Origin: a virus
IMG/VR virus record: IMGVR_UViG_3300045988_034730
Strand: one strand, 5' to 3'
DNA length: 42,840 bases
Position numbers and translations under genes: made by a program. A model generated the notes under the pieces. That model ran no database searches. It was not told the origin of the DNA and saw nothing but the letters and a program-made list of their open reading frames with translations. This document shows positions 17,133-26,000 of the stretch, in pieces; positions within the stretch are counted from its first letter, which is position 1; each line of letters starts with the position of its first letter.

Positions 17133-18276
17133 ATTAAATTCGATTGAGGACCGGAAGATCCGGGCATACCTTTACAAACTGAATGAAGATCTCACCTATA
17201 TGTTCAACAACCTCACACCAGAGGACAACTACTCCGAGCTGGCAAGGCTTGTGTATGTAGCGGATAGGGAGAATGTTGCACGTTTGGAAGTGCGTGCGGA
17301 CGGAATCGAGCTGGAAGTATCGAGAAACTCTTCACAGATCGCCAACCTGTCCGTTCAGGCAGGTCAGATCAGTGCGAAGGTGACTGACGTTGCGAATAAC
17401 TACAATTCGTCCATGAATCTCCTTGCGAATATGTTTTCCCTCAGCGTCAATACGCCGTCTGGCTCATCCAGTGCGGTGCTCACAGGTGACAGGATCGCAC
17501 TCACCACAGGACATTTTACCATTGACGCAAAGAATCTTAAGGTGGATGCATCCGGCAATGCCACATTCGCCGGTGATCTTGAGGGCGCAACATTGACAGG
17601 CTGTGATATTGTCGGCGGATCGCTCAGCATAGCGAACGGAACTCTTTATGCAGATTCGGGATGGGTAAAGTTCGGAGATTTCACGGTATCGACGAACAAT
17701 GCCTACAAAATGTATTCTGGAGATGGTAGCTTTGAAATCACTACGGCGAAAAGCCCGGGCGGCTCCGTTGCCGCAGTGATTGTCGGCACGAGTGTCAACC
17801 AGACAGAAATTGAGGGCGGCAACATTACGTCTACGGGAGCGCTGAATATCCCTGTTGTTTACGCCACTACAGGAAAACATGTATCAGAATTTTACGATAT
17901 CCAATTAAGTAAGTCATGGTGGAAGGGCTGGACGATCACGGAAACCGTACAGGACTTATGGGATCAGGTCGATTCGCTGTCTGATGCAACGGCAAAAGAG
18001 AACGTCTACAATATTGATGCTGATGAGGCATTACAGTTCCTTCTTGATACAAGGACGGTCACATTCCAGTACAAAAGCGATGGGAAATGGTCCGCCGGAG
18101 TAATCGCACAGGAAGTAGATGCGCTGCAAGACCGGCTTGAGATCTATTATCCACTGGTAAGGCTGGACAAAAGGTCCCAGAAATACCGGGTTGATTATAA
18201 AAATTACATTCCCCTGCTGATCGCCGCTGTCCAGAATCTCCAACGGCAGATTACGGCGTTGAAAGGAGTGAACTAA
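17101..18276 (+). CDS. Tail fibre or tailspike with a C-terminal intramolecular-chaperone (peptidase S74-like) domain.
   Basis: The C-terminus reads ...ENVYNIDADEALQFLLDTRTVTFQYKSDGKWSAGVIAQEVDAL..., typical of self-cleaving fibre chaperone domains. Gly/Ser-rich beta-helical middle region. Confidence 0.55.
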   Translation: MAVFTSDSVDRLNSIEDRKIRAYLYKLNEDLTYMFNNLTPEDNYSELARLVYVADRENVARLEVRADGIELEVSRNSSQIANLSVQAGQISAKVTDVANNYNSSMNLLANMFSLSVNTPSGSSSAVLTGDRIALTTGHFTIDAKNLKVDASGNATFAGDLEGATLTGCDIVGGSLSIANGTLYADSGWVKFGDFTVSTNNAYKMYSGDGSFEITTAKSPGGSVAAVIVGTSVNQTEIEGGNITSTGALNIPVVYATTGKHVSEFYDIQLSKSWWKGWTITETVQDLWDQVDSLSDATAKENVYNIDADEALQFLLDTRTVTFQYKSDGKWSAGVIAQEVDALQDRLEIYYPLVRLDKRSQKYRVDYKNYIPLLIAAVQNLQRQITALKGVN

Positions 18277-18468
18277 ATGAGTAAAGTGATGTATGAGAAA
18301 GAACAGATTGATAAGGTTCTGGTGCTTTTAGATCAGGTGAGGGTTGAGGGGTTGCAAAGTTTCCGAAACATGACGCTTGCGGAAATGACTCTTCGTGATT
18401 TCAAACTGGTACAGGAGCAGGAAGGAGCCGGAAAGGAGGCCGACGATGGCAATAACGAGCATAGTTGA
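18277..18468 (+). CDS. hypothetical small protein
   Basis: 63-aa ORF preceded by GGAGTG. Confidence 0.4.
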   Translation: MSKVMYEKEQIDKVLVLLDQVRVEGLQSFRNMTLAEMTLRDFKLVQEQEGAGKEADDGNNEHS

Positions 18469-20173
18469 CTATCTCAAAAAGAACAATCAGGACAGCTCAT
18501 ACAACGCCAGAAAGACACTGGCGGCGAACAATGGGATTTCTGATTATAAGGGAACAGCGGCGCAGAATATGAAGCTCTTGCAGATTTTACAGAGCGGATC
18601 ACAGGGGCAGACACCATCGGCGGCGGTGACTGCCGGGAACAATGCCACTACCGCAAACAGCCCGACAACGACCGCCACAAAGTCTTATCAGAGTACATTT
18701 AAGCCCACAGAGCTGACGGATCGCTACAAGAATCTCATGACCAGCAACGAGAACAACTTCAAGACAAGCGACCAGACCAACAGCTATCAAAACAAGATGC
18801 AGAGTGCGGAGAAGCCGTTTAAGGCATCCAGCTACACGAAGAACTATAAGAAAAAGCTGTCACAGGTGGAGAACAGCAAGCCCGGCGCGTACCAGTCCGC
18901 ATACGAGAGCACCATCAACGATATTCTGAATACGATCAATAACCGTGGGCAGTTTGATGTCAAGAATGATGCAAACTACAATGCACTGTACGACCAGTAC
19001 CGGGAGCAGTACGAAGCGCAGGCAAACAAGGCGATGAGAGATACCCTCGCCAGTGCGAATGCGGTAACCGGCGGCTATGGGTCCACATACGGGCAGGCAG
19101 TAGCACAGCAGGCGTATGACGACACCATGCAGGGCTTGAACGGGCAGAATTTGAATCTGCTTAACCTTGCCTACCAGATGTATTCTGACGATCGTGCCAA
19201 TGATTACAACAAGCTGGCGGCATATCAGGGGCAGGACAATACCATGTATAACCGCTATCGTGATACCGTCTCTGACTGGCAAAATGACCGGAATTACTAC
19301 GCGAACCAGTATCAGCAGAATTACTCGAACGACCGGAATGCGTACGAGAACGACCGGAACTACTATTCCAGCCAGTATTGGAACAGCTACAACAATGACC
19401 GGTCTGCATTTGAGAATGACCGGAACTACTTTTCCAACAGCTATTGGAACTCCTTCCAGAACGACCGGTCTGCGTATGAAAATGACCGTACCTTCGATTA
19501 CAACATGGATCAGGACGCACTTAACCGCGATGATGCAAACTATCAGAATGCTTTGCAGACAGCTATGGGGCTGGCACAGAGTGGTCTTTCTGTTCCGGCA
19601 TACCTTACGGAAGCGATTGACAGGTACAACGAAGCACATGGTCTCTCTGGCGGCTCAGCAGGGCAGATGGCTTCTATTGCGGCACAGGCGCTGGCGGCTA
19701 AGAAGTCAAGTGCGAAGGGATCTTCTGGAGGATCATCAAAGAAATCTGGAAGATCTAAATCATCTGGAAAAGGTAAGATCACGGACGGAAGCATGAATTC
19801 CGGTTCAGGCGCCAGCATGTCAGATGCAACGGCAACGAAACTTAAAAATGGGCTTGCAGCAGCAAATGATAATATACTGGCAAGTAAAACACTCATGGCT
19901 GATATGAAGGCAGGAAAGAGAAATTCACTTACAGGAATTGGCAAACTTTCGTCTATTGCTTCATCCTTAAGCAATAGATCAAATACGCCACTTACAGTAG
20001 ATGCTGTATCGTCTGCTGCACCGGTCCAGGATATAACCAACAGTCACGGTAATGGCTGGGTCTATGTGGAAGGAATGGGGCGCATGACATGGGACGAGCT
20101 TGAATCAGAAATCGACAATGGTAAAGTTGTAGAGACAATGAAGAATGGTGTTTACACATATAGAAAGGCGTAA
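18446..20173 (+). CDS. Tail-associated protein with a LysM-like N-terminal domain and tandem 22-aa Asn/Tyr-rich repeats.
   Basis: ATG at 18446 sits after AAAGGAGG. The N-terminus is ITSIVDYLKKNNQDSSYNARKTLAANNGISDYKGTAAQNMKLLQIL. Three copies of a 66-bp repeat lie at 19283-19480 and encode NDRNYYxxQYxxxYx-NDRxAxE. Ser/Gly/Lys-rich C-terminal region. Confidence 0.45.
   Translation: MAITSIVDYLKKNNQDSSYNARKTLAANNGISDYKGTAAQNMKLLQILQSGSQGQTPSAAVTAGNNATTANSPTTTATKSYQSTFKPTELTDRYKNLMTSNENNFKTSDQTNSYQNKMQSAEKPFKASSYTKNYKKKLSQVENSKPGAYQSAYESTINDILNTINNRGQFDVKNDANYNALYDQYREQYEAQANKAMRDTLASANAVTGGYGSTYGQAVAQQAYDDTMQGLNGQNLNLLNLAYQMYSDDRANDYNKLAAYQGQDNTMYNRYRDTVSDWQNDRNYYANQYQQNYSNDRNAYENDRNYYSSQYWNSYNNDRSAFENDRNYFSNSYWNSFQNDRSAYENDRTFDYNMDQDALNRDDANYQNALQTAMGLAQSGLSVPAYLTEAIDRYNEAHGLSGGSAGQMASIAAQALAAKKSSAKGSSGGSSKKSGRSKSSGKGKITDGSMNSGSGASMSDATATKLKNGLAAANDNILASKTLMADMKAGKRNSLTGIGKLSSIASSLSNRSNTPLTVDAVSSAAPVQDITNSHGNGWVYVEGMGRMTWDELESEIDNGKVVETMKNGVYTYRKA
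19283..19500. repeat. Three and a half tandem 66-bp coding repeats.
   Basis: The peptide NDRNYYANQYQQNYSNDRNAYE occurs about three times with minor variation. The repeats explain spurious overlapping ORFs on both strands. Confidence 0.8.
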
Positions 20174-20175
20174 TT

Positions 20176-21606
20176 ATGATCATCTTAAGAAGCAGATCTC
20201 TTATTATTCCGACTGACGAGTACAATCTTGGCAATGACTATGACACTAATACAGCGACAAGAGTTTTTCAACTTGAGCGTGTGATGGAAGGCATAGACCT
20301 TGCCAATCTCATGTTTAAGCTGGATCTCACCTACGCAGACGGTACAAGCGATACGCTTGCACTCGATAGCGAAGTCACAGACGATAAGATCAACCTTACA
20401 TGGACCGTGACAAAGAATCAGCTTCATGTTCCGGGAACTGTCGTGGTACAGATCCGTGCGCTGAATGTGGACGGAAATATGAAGTGGACTTCCTACATCG
20501 GTGCGTTCTTTGTTGAAGCGTCTATGTTTGGCAGTGCTGATTATAGCGGAAAGCTCACCGAAGTCGAGCAGTTTGAGGTTGCGATTAAATCAGAAAAAGA
20601 ACGTGTACAGAACGAAAAAGCCAGACAGGACGCAGAAGCAGAGAGAGTACAAGCCGAAGCGGAGCGCAAGCCTGCCGAAGAAGAAAGGAAAACTGCCGAA
20701 GCGGAACGCAAATCTGCCGAGACGGTACGTTCCAATGCAGAGACAGCGCGAGAATCGGCGGAAACAGAACGTGAAAAGTGGTACAATTCAGCAAAGACAA
20801 ACTTTGATGCGGCAATAGCTTCAGGCGATAAGGCAGAGGAGATTGCAAACTCATTGGAGACCAATGTGGAGGCCAACATGAAAGCGGCAGCGGCTTCTGC
20901 AACGGCAGCGGCTGGGTCTGCATCAGCGGCAGCAGGATCAGCGAACGAAGCGAAGCAGTATAGCCAGAACTGGTCGGCATTAGATCAGAGAGTAACGAAA
21001 AACGCCGACGACATCGCTGCCACAAATAACAATTTGAGTAAGAGATTATTAGTTGGAAACAATATTGCATCTGCTGATCTCTCAAATGATATGCCTGATG
21101 AACGATTTGGCACATTATCTATGCGTTTTAGTGACGGAACAATAAATCAATTAATACTCTTAAAGGACACAGCGAATGTTTCCATTTTTAGAGATAATAA
21201 ATGGATAGAACAATATTGGTTTGCAACAACGTCAATGTTGTCCGATTATGTTCCCAAGTCAGATCTCGTTGCTTCCTCTTCGGACATACAGTCAAAACAA
21301 AACATTACTGACAGCTCATACATTAAATTTTATAAATACGGAAAGATTGTCGTTGCGCATATTCAAATAACAACAACATCGAATTTATCTGGATACGATA
21401 CGCTAAAAGTGGGAGTTGCCCCGAATGGATTCAAACCATTGTATGAATGCAGAAGCGTCGTTCTTATGCAACAAACCAATGTATCGAGAATTTTAGCATT
21501 CACAACATATGGCGATATTAATTTATGGAACTGGTCATCGGATAGTTCTATCACAACTCCATCCGGTAGCGCATTAAATGGTTTCGCGGTGTATTGCGTT
21601 GCTTAA
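20176..21606 (+). CDS. Tail fibre / receptor-binding protein. It has a constant N-terminal part, a coiled-coil stalk and a variable C-terminal cassette.
   Basis: N-terminal anchor domain, then Ala/Glu/Arg-rich heptads AEAERKPAEEERKTAEAERKSAE. After base 21042 the coding sequence becomes AT-rich and encodes a beta-rich C-terminal domain. Confidence 0.55.
   Translation: MIILRSRSLIIPTDEYNLGNDYDTNTATRVFQLERVMEGIDLANLMFKLDLTYADGTSDTLALDSEVTDDKINLTWTVTKNQLHVPGTVVVQIRALNVDGNMKWTSYIGAFFVEASMFGSADYSGKLTEVEQFEVAIKSEKERVQNEKARQDAEAERVQAEAERKPAEEERKTAEAERKSAETVRSNAETARESAETEREKWYNSAKTNFDAAIASGDKAEEIANSLETNVEANMKAAAASATAAAGSASAAAGSANEAKQYSQNWSALDQRVTKNADDIAATNNNLSKRLLVGNNIASADLSNDMPDERFGTLSMRFSDGTINQLILLKDTANVSIFRDNKWIEQYWFATTSMLSDYVPKSDLVASSSDIQSKQNITDSSYIKFYKYGKIVVAHIQITTTSNLSGYDTLKVGVAPNGFKPLYECRSVVLMQQTNVSRILAFTTYGDINLWNWSSDSSITTPSGSALNGFAVYCVA
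21024..21041. repeat. Left copy of an 18-bp perfect inverted repeat, aaataacaatttgagtaa. It lies inside the fibre gene and encodes NNNLS.
   Basis: Exact reverse-complement match to 21860-21877. The position within the codon frame is the same in both copies. Confidence 0.8.
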
Positions 21607-21888
21607 TCAGATCTTTTTCCATGACAGAGGCGAACCATCCAATGTATACATTCCCGCGTTCGAGACCCCGATTACTAACCAGTTTGAAGCAAAAAAGAAC
21701 ATAGTATTTTTTTCTGGTAACAGGTCTGCTAATTGCCAATCGATGTATCCGATATAAAATTTTGAGTTTTGCCTTGAAAGGTCAACAATATCTTGCAAGG
21801 TTTGATTTGACTTGATAGTACCATAAAAAGACACTTTTTTATTAAGATCTGTCTGTACATTACTCAAATTGTTATTTACATAACACAT
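21607..21888 (-). CDS. Promoterless, opposite-strand alternative C-terminal fibre cassette; a candidate second receptor-binding domain.
   Basis: 93-aa ORF with no ribosome-binding site. An in-frame TGA lies 9 nt upstream of its ATG. Its stop abuts the + fibre stop with zero spacing. It begins MCYVNNNLS, sharing the NNNLS junction with the fibre gene. Confidence 0.4.
   Translation of the reverse strand: MCYVNNNLSNVQTDLNKKVSFYGTIKSNQTLQDIVDLSRQNSKFYIGYIDWQLADLLPEKNTMFFFASNWLVIGVSNAGMYTLDGSPLSWKKI
21860..21877. repeat. Right copy of the 18-bp inverted repeat. On the - strand it encodes NNNLS.
   Basis: ttactcaaattgttattt is the reverse complement of 21024-21041. Confidence 0.8.
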
Positions 21889-21917
21889 TTTAATTCAAAA
21901 AAAGAAAGGAAAAAATT

Positions 21918-22427
21918 ATGAATTTTAAAGAAGCTTTGAAACTAATGAAAAAAGGAGAAAAAGTAAAACTTCCGGGATGGGGAGGTTACTGGTACTGGGA
22001 TCCGAGAAAGGGAACTGTAATGATGCAGTGCCGAAAGGAGGACGCTGATGATGGCGAGCTTCTCGACATCCGCGATACGCAGAGAGTAGAATACACGCTG
22101 CTTAACGTGGCATCAGATGAATGGGAGATTGCAGACGAGCATAATTGCCCGGTGCTGGGTGGAATTGCAACATTTTCTTTCTCAGATGCGATCAGATACT
22201 TAAAACGTGGACTTAAGGTTGCCAGAAAAGGCTGGAACGGAAAGAAACAGTATATTCAGCTGGCCACGGCAATCTCGTATAAATCGGCTGATGGAGAGAT
22301 TGTGAACTGTGATCACGATGCCATCGGAAACAAGGCCATTGCGTTTATCGGCACAAGTGGGGTGCAGATGGGATGGCTTGCATCACAGGCGGACATGCTG
22401 GCAGAGGATTGGACATTCGCAGACTGA
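21918..22427 (+). CDS. Hypothetical protein with two internal copies of a DUF2829-like motif.
   Basis: Repeat 1 is MNFKEALKLMKKGEKVKLPGWGGYWYW. Repeat 2 is FSDAIRYLKRGLKVARKGWNGKKQYIQL. AAAGGAAAA ribosome-binding site. Confidence 0.45.
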   Translation: MNFKEALKLMKKGEKVKLPGWGGYWYWDPRKGTVMMQCRKEDADDGELLDIRDTQRVEYTLLNVASDEWEIADEHNCPVLGGIATFSFSDAIRYLKRGLKVARKGWNGKKQYIQLATAISYKSADGEIVNCDHDAIGNKAIAFIGTSGVQMGWLASQADMLAEDWTFAD

Positions 22428-22610
22428 CCATTTCGGTGAGTTCACCGAGATGGCTTGTTATTAATTTGAGCAAGGACAGGAAGACACAAAAACGGCGGCA
22501 CCGGGGGAAAGCGGGGTGCCGCCAAAAGAAAGGTAGTAGGGATATGGGACCCTACACTAATACAAACGCAGAAAAAGTAAAATTGTGACTATTATTGTAA
22601 AAAATAACAG

Positions 22611-22656
22611 AAGCTCCCGCACCTCTCAACGATGTGTCCCAGGGAGCACTTTTTTT
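22611..22656 (+). terminator. Candidate intrinsic terminator.
   Basis: Imperfect stem (gctccc...gggagc, with a gtgt/gcac alternative) followed by a T7 run. Confidence 0.45.
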
Positions 22657-22720
22657 AGGTCGGTATACGGTAAAAGATTCATTCGCTATGATTAACAAAA
22701 AAGAGTGAAGGAGTAGTGTT

Positions 22721-23032
22721 ATGGACGAAGCTACAAGAGAAGCATTTGAAAGGATCCATGATGAGGATAAAAGGCAGAACCGTCGGCTGGATGAATTGGA
22801 GAGGGTCACAAAGACTTTGCAGGAGATCACAAGCTCCGTCCAGGAATTGGCACTTAATATGAAGCACATGGCCGAAGAGCAGGCAAAACAGGGGCAGAAG
22901 CTTGACCAGCTTGAAAAAGCACCATTGGACAATTTAAAGGCAGCCGAGGCAACGGCACAGTCTACGATTGTCGGAATTGTTGTAGGAGCACTGGCAACAG
23001 GATTGATTCAGCTAATAGTGGCAAACATTTAA
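22721..23032 (+). CDS. XhlA-like protein: coiled-coil plus a C-terminal transmembrane helix, of the type associated with lysis.
   Basis: GAAGGAG ribosome-binding site. Coiled-coil N-terminus and hydrophobic C-terminus IVGIVVGALATGLIQLIVANI. Confidence 0.5.
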   Translation: MDEATREAFERIHDEDKRQNRRLDELERVTKTLQEITSSVQELALNMKHMAEEQAKQGQKLDQLEKAPLDNLKAAEATAQSTIVGIVVGALATGLIQLIVANI

Positions 23033-23041
23033 GGAGGAGCT

Positions 23042-26000
23042 ATGGCAAGTCAGTTTGTAAAAAATATGGCACAGCAGACAAAAAAGAAAAAAAAACAGCA
23101 GGACGCAGCGGTTGATGCATTAAAAAGCCGTTCTGGAAAGTCTGTAACACAGGTGGAGCAGAGCCTTTCAAACAAATCCATTCAGAATGCTGCGAAGAAG
23201 GTGGATGGAACAAGCGCGTCAAAACCAACTCCAGCAAGGCAGCTTTCGAAACCTGCCAAGAAATCAGACGATGCATGGAACTCCAGCGTAAACGGGGGGT
23301 CAAGCAGCTTTGTAAAGACAATGGCGCAGAATCAGCGTGCACACTACGAAGAAATCAACCGTAATGCGGCTGTTGATGCAATGAAGCAGCGGTTTAGAAA
23401 TACGCAGAATACGCATACAGACTATAATGACAGCTTTTCTAATGATTCCGCGGTTACCCAGAAGAAAGCCACGGCATCAAATGCACAGAAAAACCGCTTT
23501 ACATATTCACCGTCCTATATTCATTCTCAAAAGACAATGGCACAGGATAATAGCACATTGGCTCTTTCCGATGCGCAGAAGAAGAACATGCCGAAGAACA
23601 TCACAGTGAAGAACCAGAACGAACCGAATGCGCGCGTTGTAGACCAGTCCTTCAAGAACTTCAATCCGAATGACCCGAATTATTCCACTCCGGCTGATGA
23701 GCGTAGTTACCGCAATACAAGAGAGGGAGCATATGCCTATAAGCATCCAATCGCAGGTGTGGCAAGCCATGTTATCAACAACATTGGATCCGGCTTTGAA
23801 GGTATTGCCGGAACCGCATACCAGGCAGTGACAGGGAAAAAACTGGACGATCAGTTCTTTAAGGGGACTTATGCGGCGCAGGATGCACAGTCGGGTGTCA
23901 GACGGCGCGTACAGGACGCTACAGGCGGCAGACAGGACGGCATCAGCACCACAGGGGAAAATGCGGCAGGGTTCCTTACGGACACAGGCATGAGCATCCT
24001 TGACAGCGCGGCGAACCGTGCGCTGGCGAGCTATTTCGCACCAGGCAAGGCTGGCGAGGTCGGCGGTCTTGCGCTTATGGCTGGCGGAGCGGCGGCTGGA
24101 CAGCTCACGGATCTTAACCAGAATGAGAAGGTGTCCGGCAGACGGGCGGCAGTTGATGCGGCGGCGAACGGCGCATTTGAGTATTTATCCGAAAAGCTTT
24201 CATGGGACAAGCTGAACGCATTCAAGGACATGGAGGTATCTCCGCACAATGTCGGTGAGGTTATCAAGAGGATTGCACAGCAGGCGGCAACGGAGGGCGG
24301 CGAGGAAGTCTTCTCCACGCTTGCAGATGCTGCGGCAGATAGCTTAATCCTTGGCAACGAAGCAGAATATGTTAGTCAGTATAACGCATATAAGGGAAGC
24401 GGAATGTCCAACGGAGAAGCTATGCAGAATGTGGTTTACAATCTTCTCAAGGAAAGTGCATTGTCCTTCCTTGGCGGCGCGATCTCCGGCGGTGTCATGG
24501 GATCCGGTGCAACCGTCATGAACTACATGAACGCAAAGGCAAACCAGAACTTCACCGAGGATGAACTGCGCCAGACGGCAGATGCAATCGACACAAGCCC
24601 AGAAGCGTATACTCGTGAGGACGGCACTGTTGATACAAAAGGTCTCGACCAGGCGATCGCGACATCGAAAAAACTTTCCGGCTATGCGAATAAGCTTGCG
24701 AATGGGGACATTCTGACTCTTGAGGAACAGCAGGACATTTATAACGGCGTGGAAAGCACCATTGACCGGGCAGCAGATGCAAAGGGTGTTGCGCCTGTCA
24801 TTACCGAGGACAAGAACCTGGATGAGATGGTCAATGACTGGGTTGAGGAAGCGACAGCACAGGAAGAAGAACGTGCGAGCAGTGAACCTATTTCTCTTTC
24901 ATCTACACCAGAAGAAGCCAAAGCGTCCACACAGGCGGCGATTGATGCGATTAACAGCCCGGTCAATGTGGTAGATGAAACAGCCGCAGAACCGGTCACA
25001 GAGAGCCAGGCAAGCCCGGCGGAACAGCTTGCCACAGAGCTTGCACAGGAATCCGCACAGGGCACGAACGAGAATCCGCCAGAGGAGTACATGGATGCCC
25101 AGGATATGGAACCGGACACAGCTATGTCCGGTCAGGCTGACGATATTGTTGACGTCAACAATATCGTGCCGGAAGATGATGCCCCAACGCTTCCGGGCAT
25201 CGAAGAACTTTCTAACCAGTATACCGGAAATGTTAAGACATCCTTTGAAAACGGATATGAAGGTGTAGATATTCTGTGGTATGATGATAATATGAGAAAG
25301 GTATACCAGGCAGCAGTGAAGGGAGAAACTCTGCGGGATCTTATGCAGAACGATACAGATTTTCAGAAGTTTTTCAGCAGTCCTTATGGGGACGCGGTTC
25401 TTCCCTTCTACGATGCGGCATATGCCGAAGGAGTAAAGACCACAGGAGGTAATGGTTATGGCGATTTACACAACAATGATGAAGTACGTGACGAAGGAGC
25501 AGTACGACAGCCTGTCGAGGTTCGGGAAGGAGATCTTGGAGGATCTGATCCGGTACGCGCCGAAGAAGTTACAGACGATGCAGCAGGACGGCAGCCTGTA
25601 TCCGACCTTGAAGAAGTCGGGGGATCAGATGTTGGATCGGTATCTGGATCTTCTGGACGCGGGGTATCAGGACAACGAAGCACTGGAAGTAGTGCGGGAG
25701 ATCAAGTATCAGATCACGTCGGAGGAAGAGACGGAGGAGTAACGCCGCCGGAGCTGGTTCAGAGTGCGCAGAATGGCGTCACATCGGATAATGACCAGAA
25801 TATTACAACTGAATCAACGCAGAAAACGGAACAAAACGTACCGAACACGAATTCAGGCACAGAAGAAACGGTTGGTAACTTAACTAACTCAACTAACTCA
25901 ACTTCTAACTCAACTGAACCGAGTTATAACTCGAATAATTCAATTAAAGAGCAGAATAAAGAGAAAGATAAAAAGCCGACCAAAAAGAAAGCTGAGAAGA

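Noticed and set aside
18860-19796. Long overlapping ORFs on both strands (19167..19796 on +, 18860..19639 and 19161..19520 on -) inside gene 18446-20173.
   Set aside because: They are produced by the 66-bp tandem coding repeats and biased composition. The 18446 frame has the ribosome-binding site and a coherent domain structure.
21551-21739. A 62-aa minus-strand ORF in the AT-rich gap.
   Set aside because: It is in a different frame from, and overlaps, the better-supported inverted cassette (21607-21888). AT-rich sequence makes short spurious ORFs likely.
22552-22932. A 126-aa minus-strand ORF overlapping the XhlA-like gene.
   Set aside because: It has no ribosome-binding site and overlaps a + strand gene that has a good ribosome-binding site.
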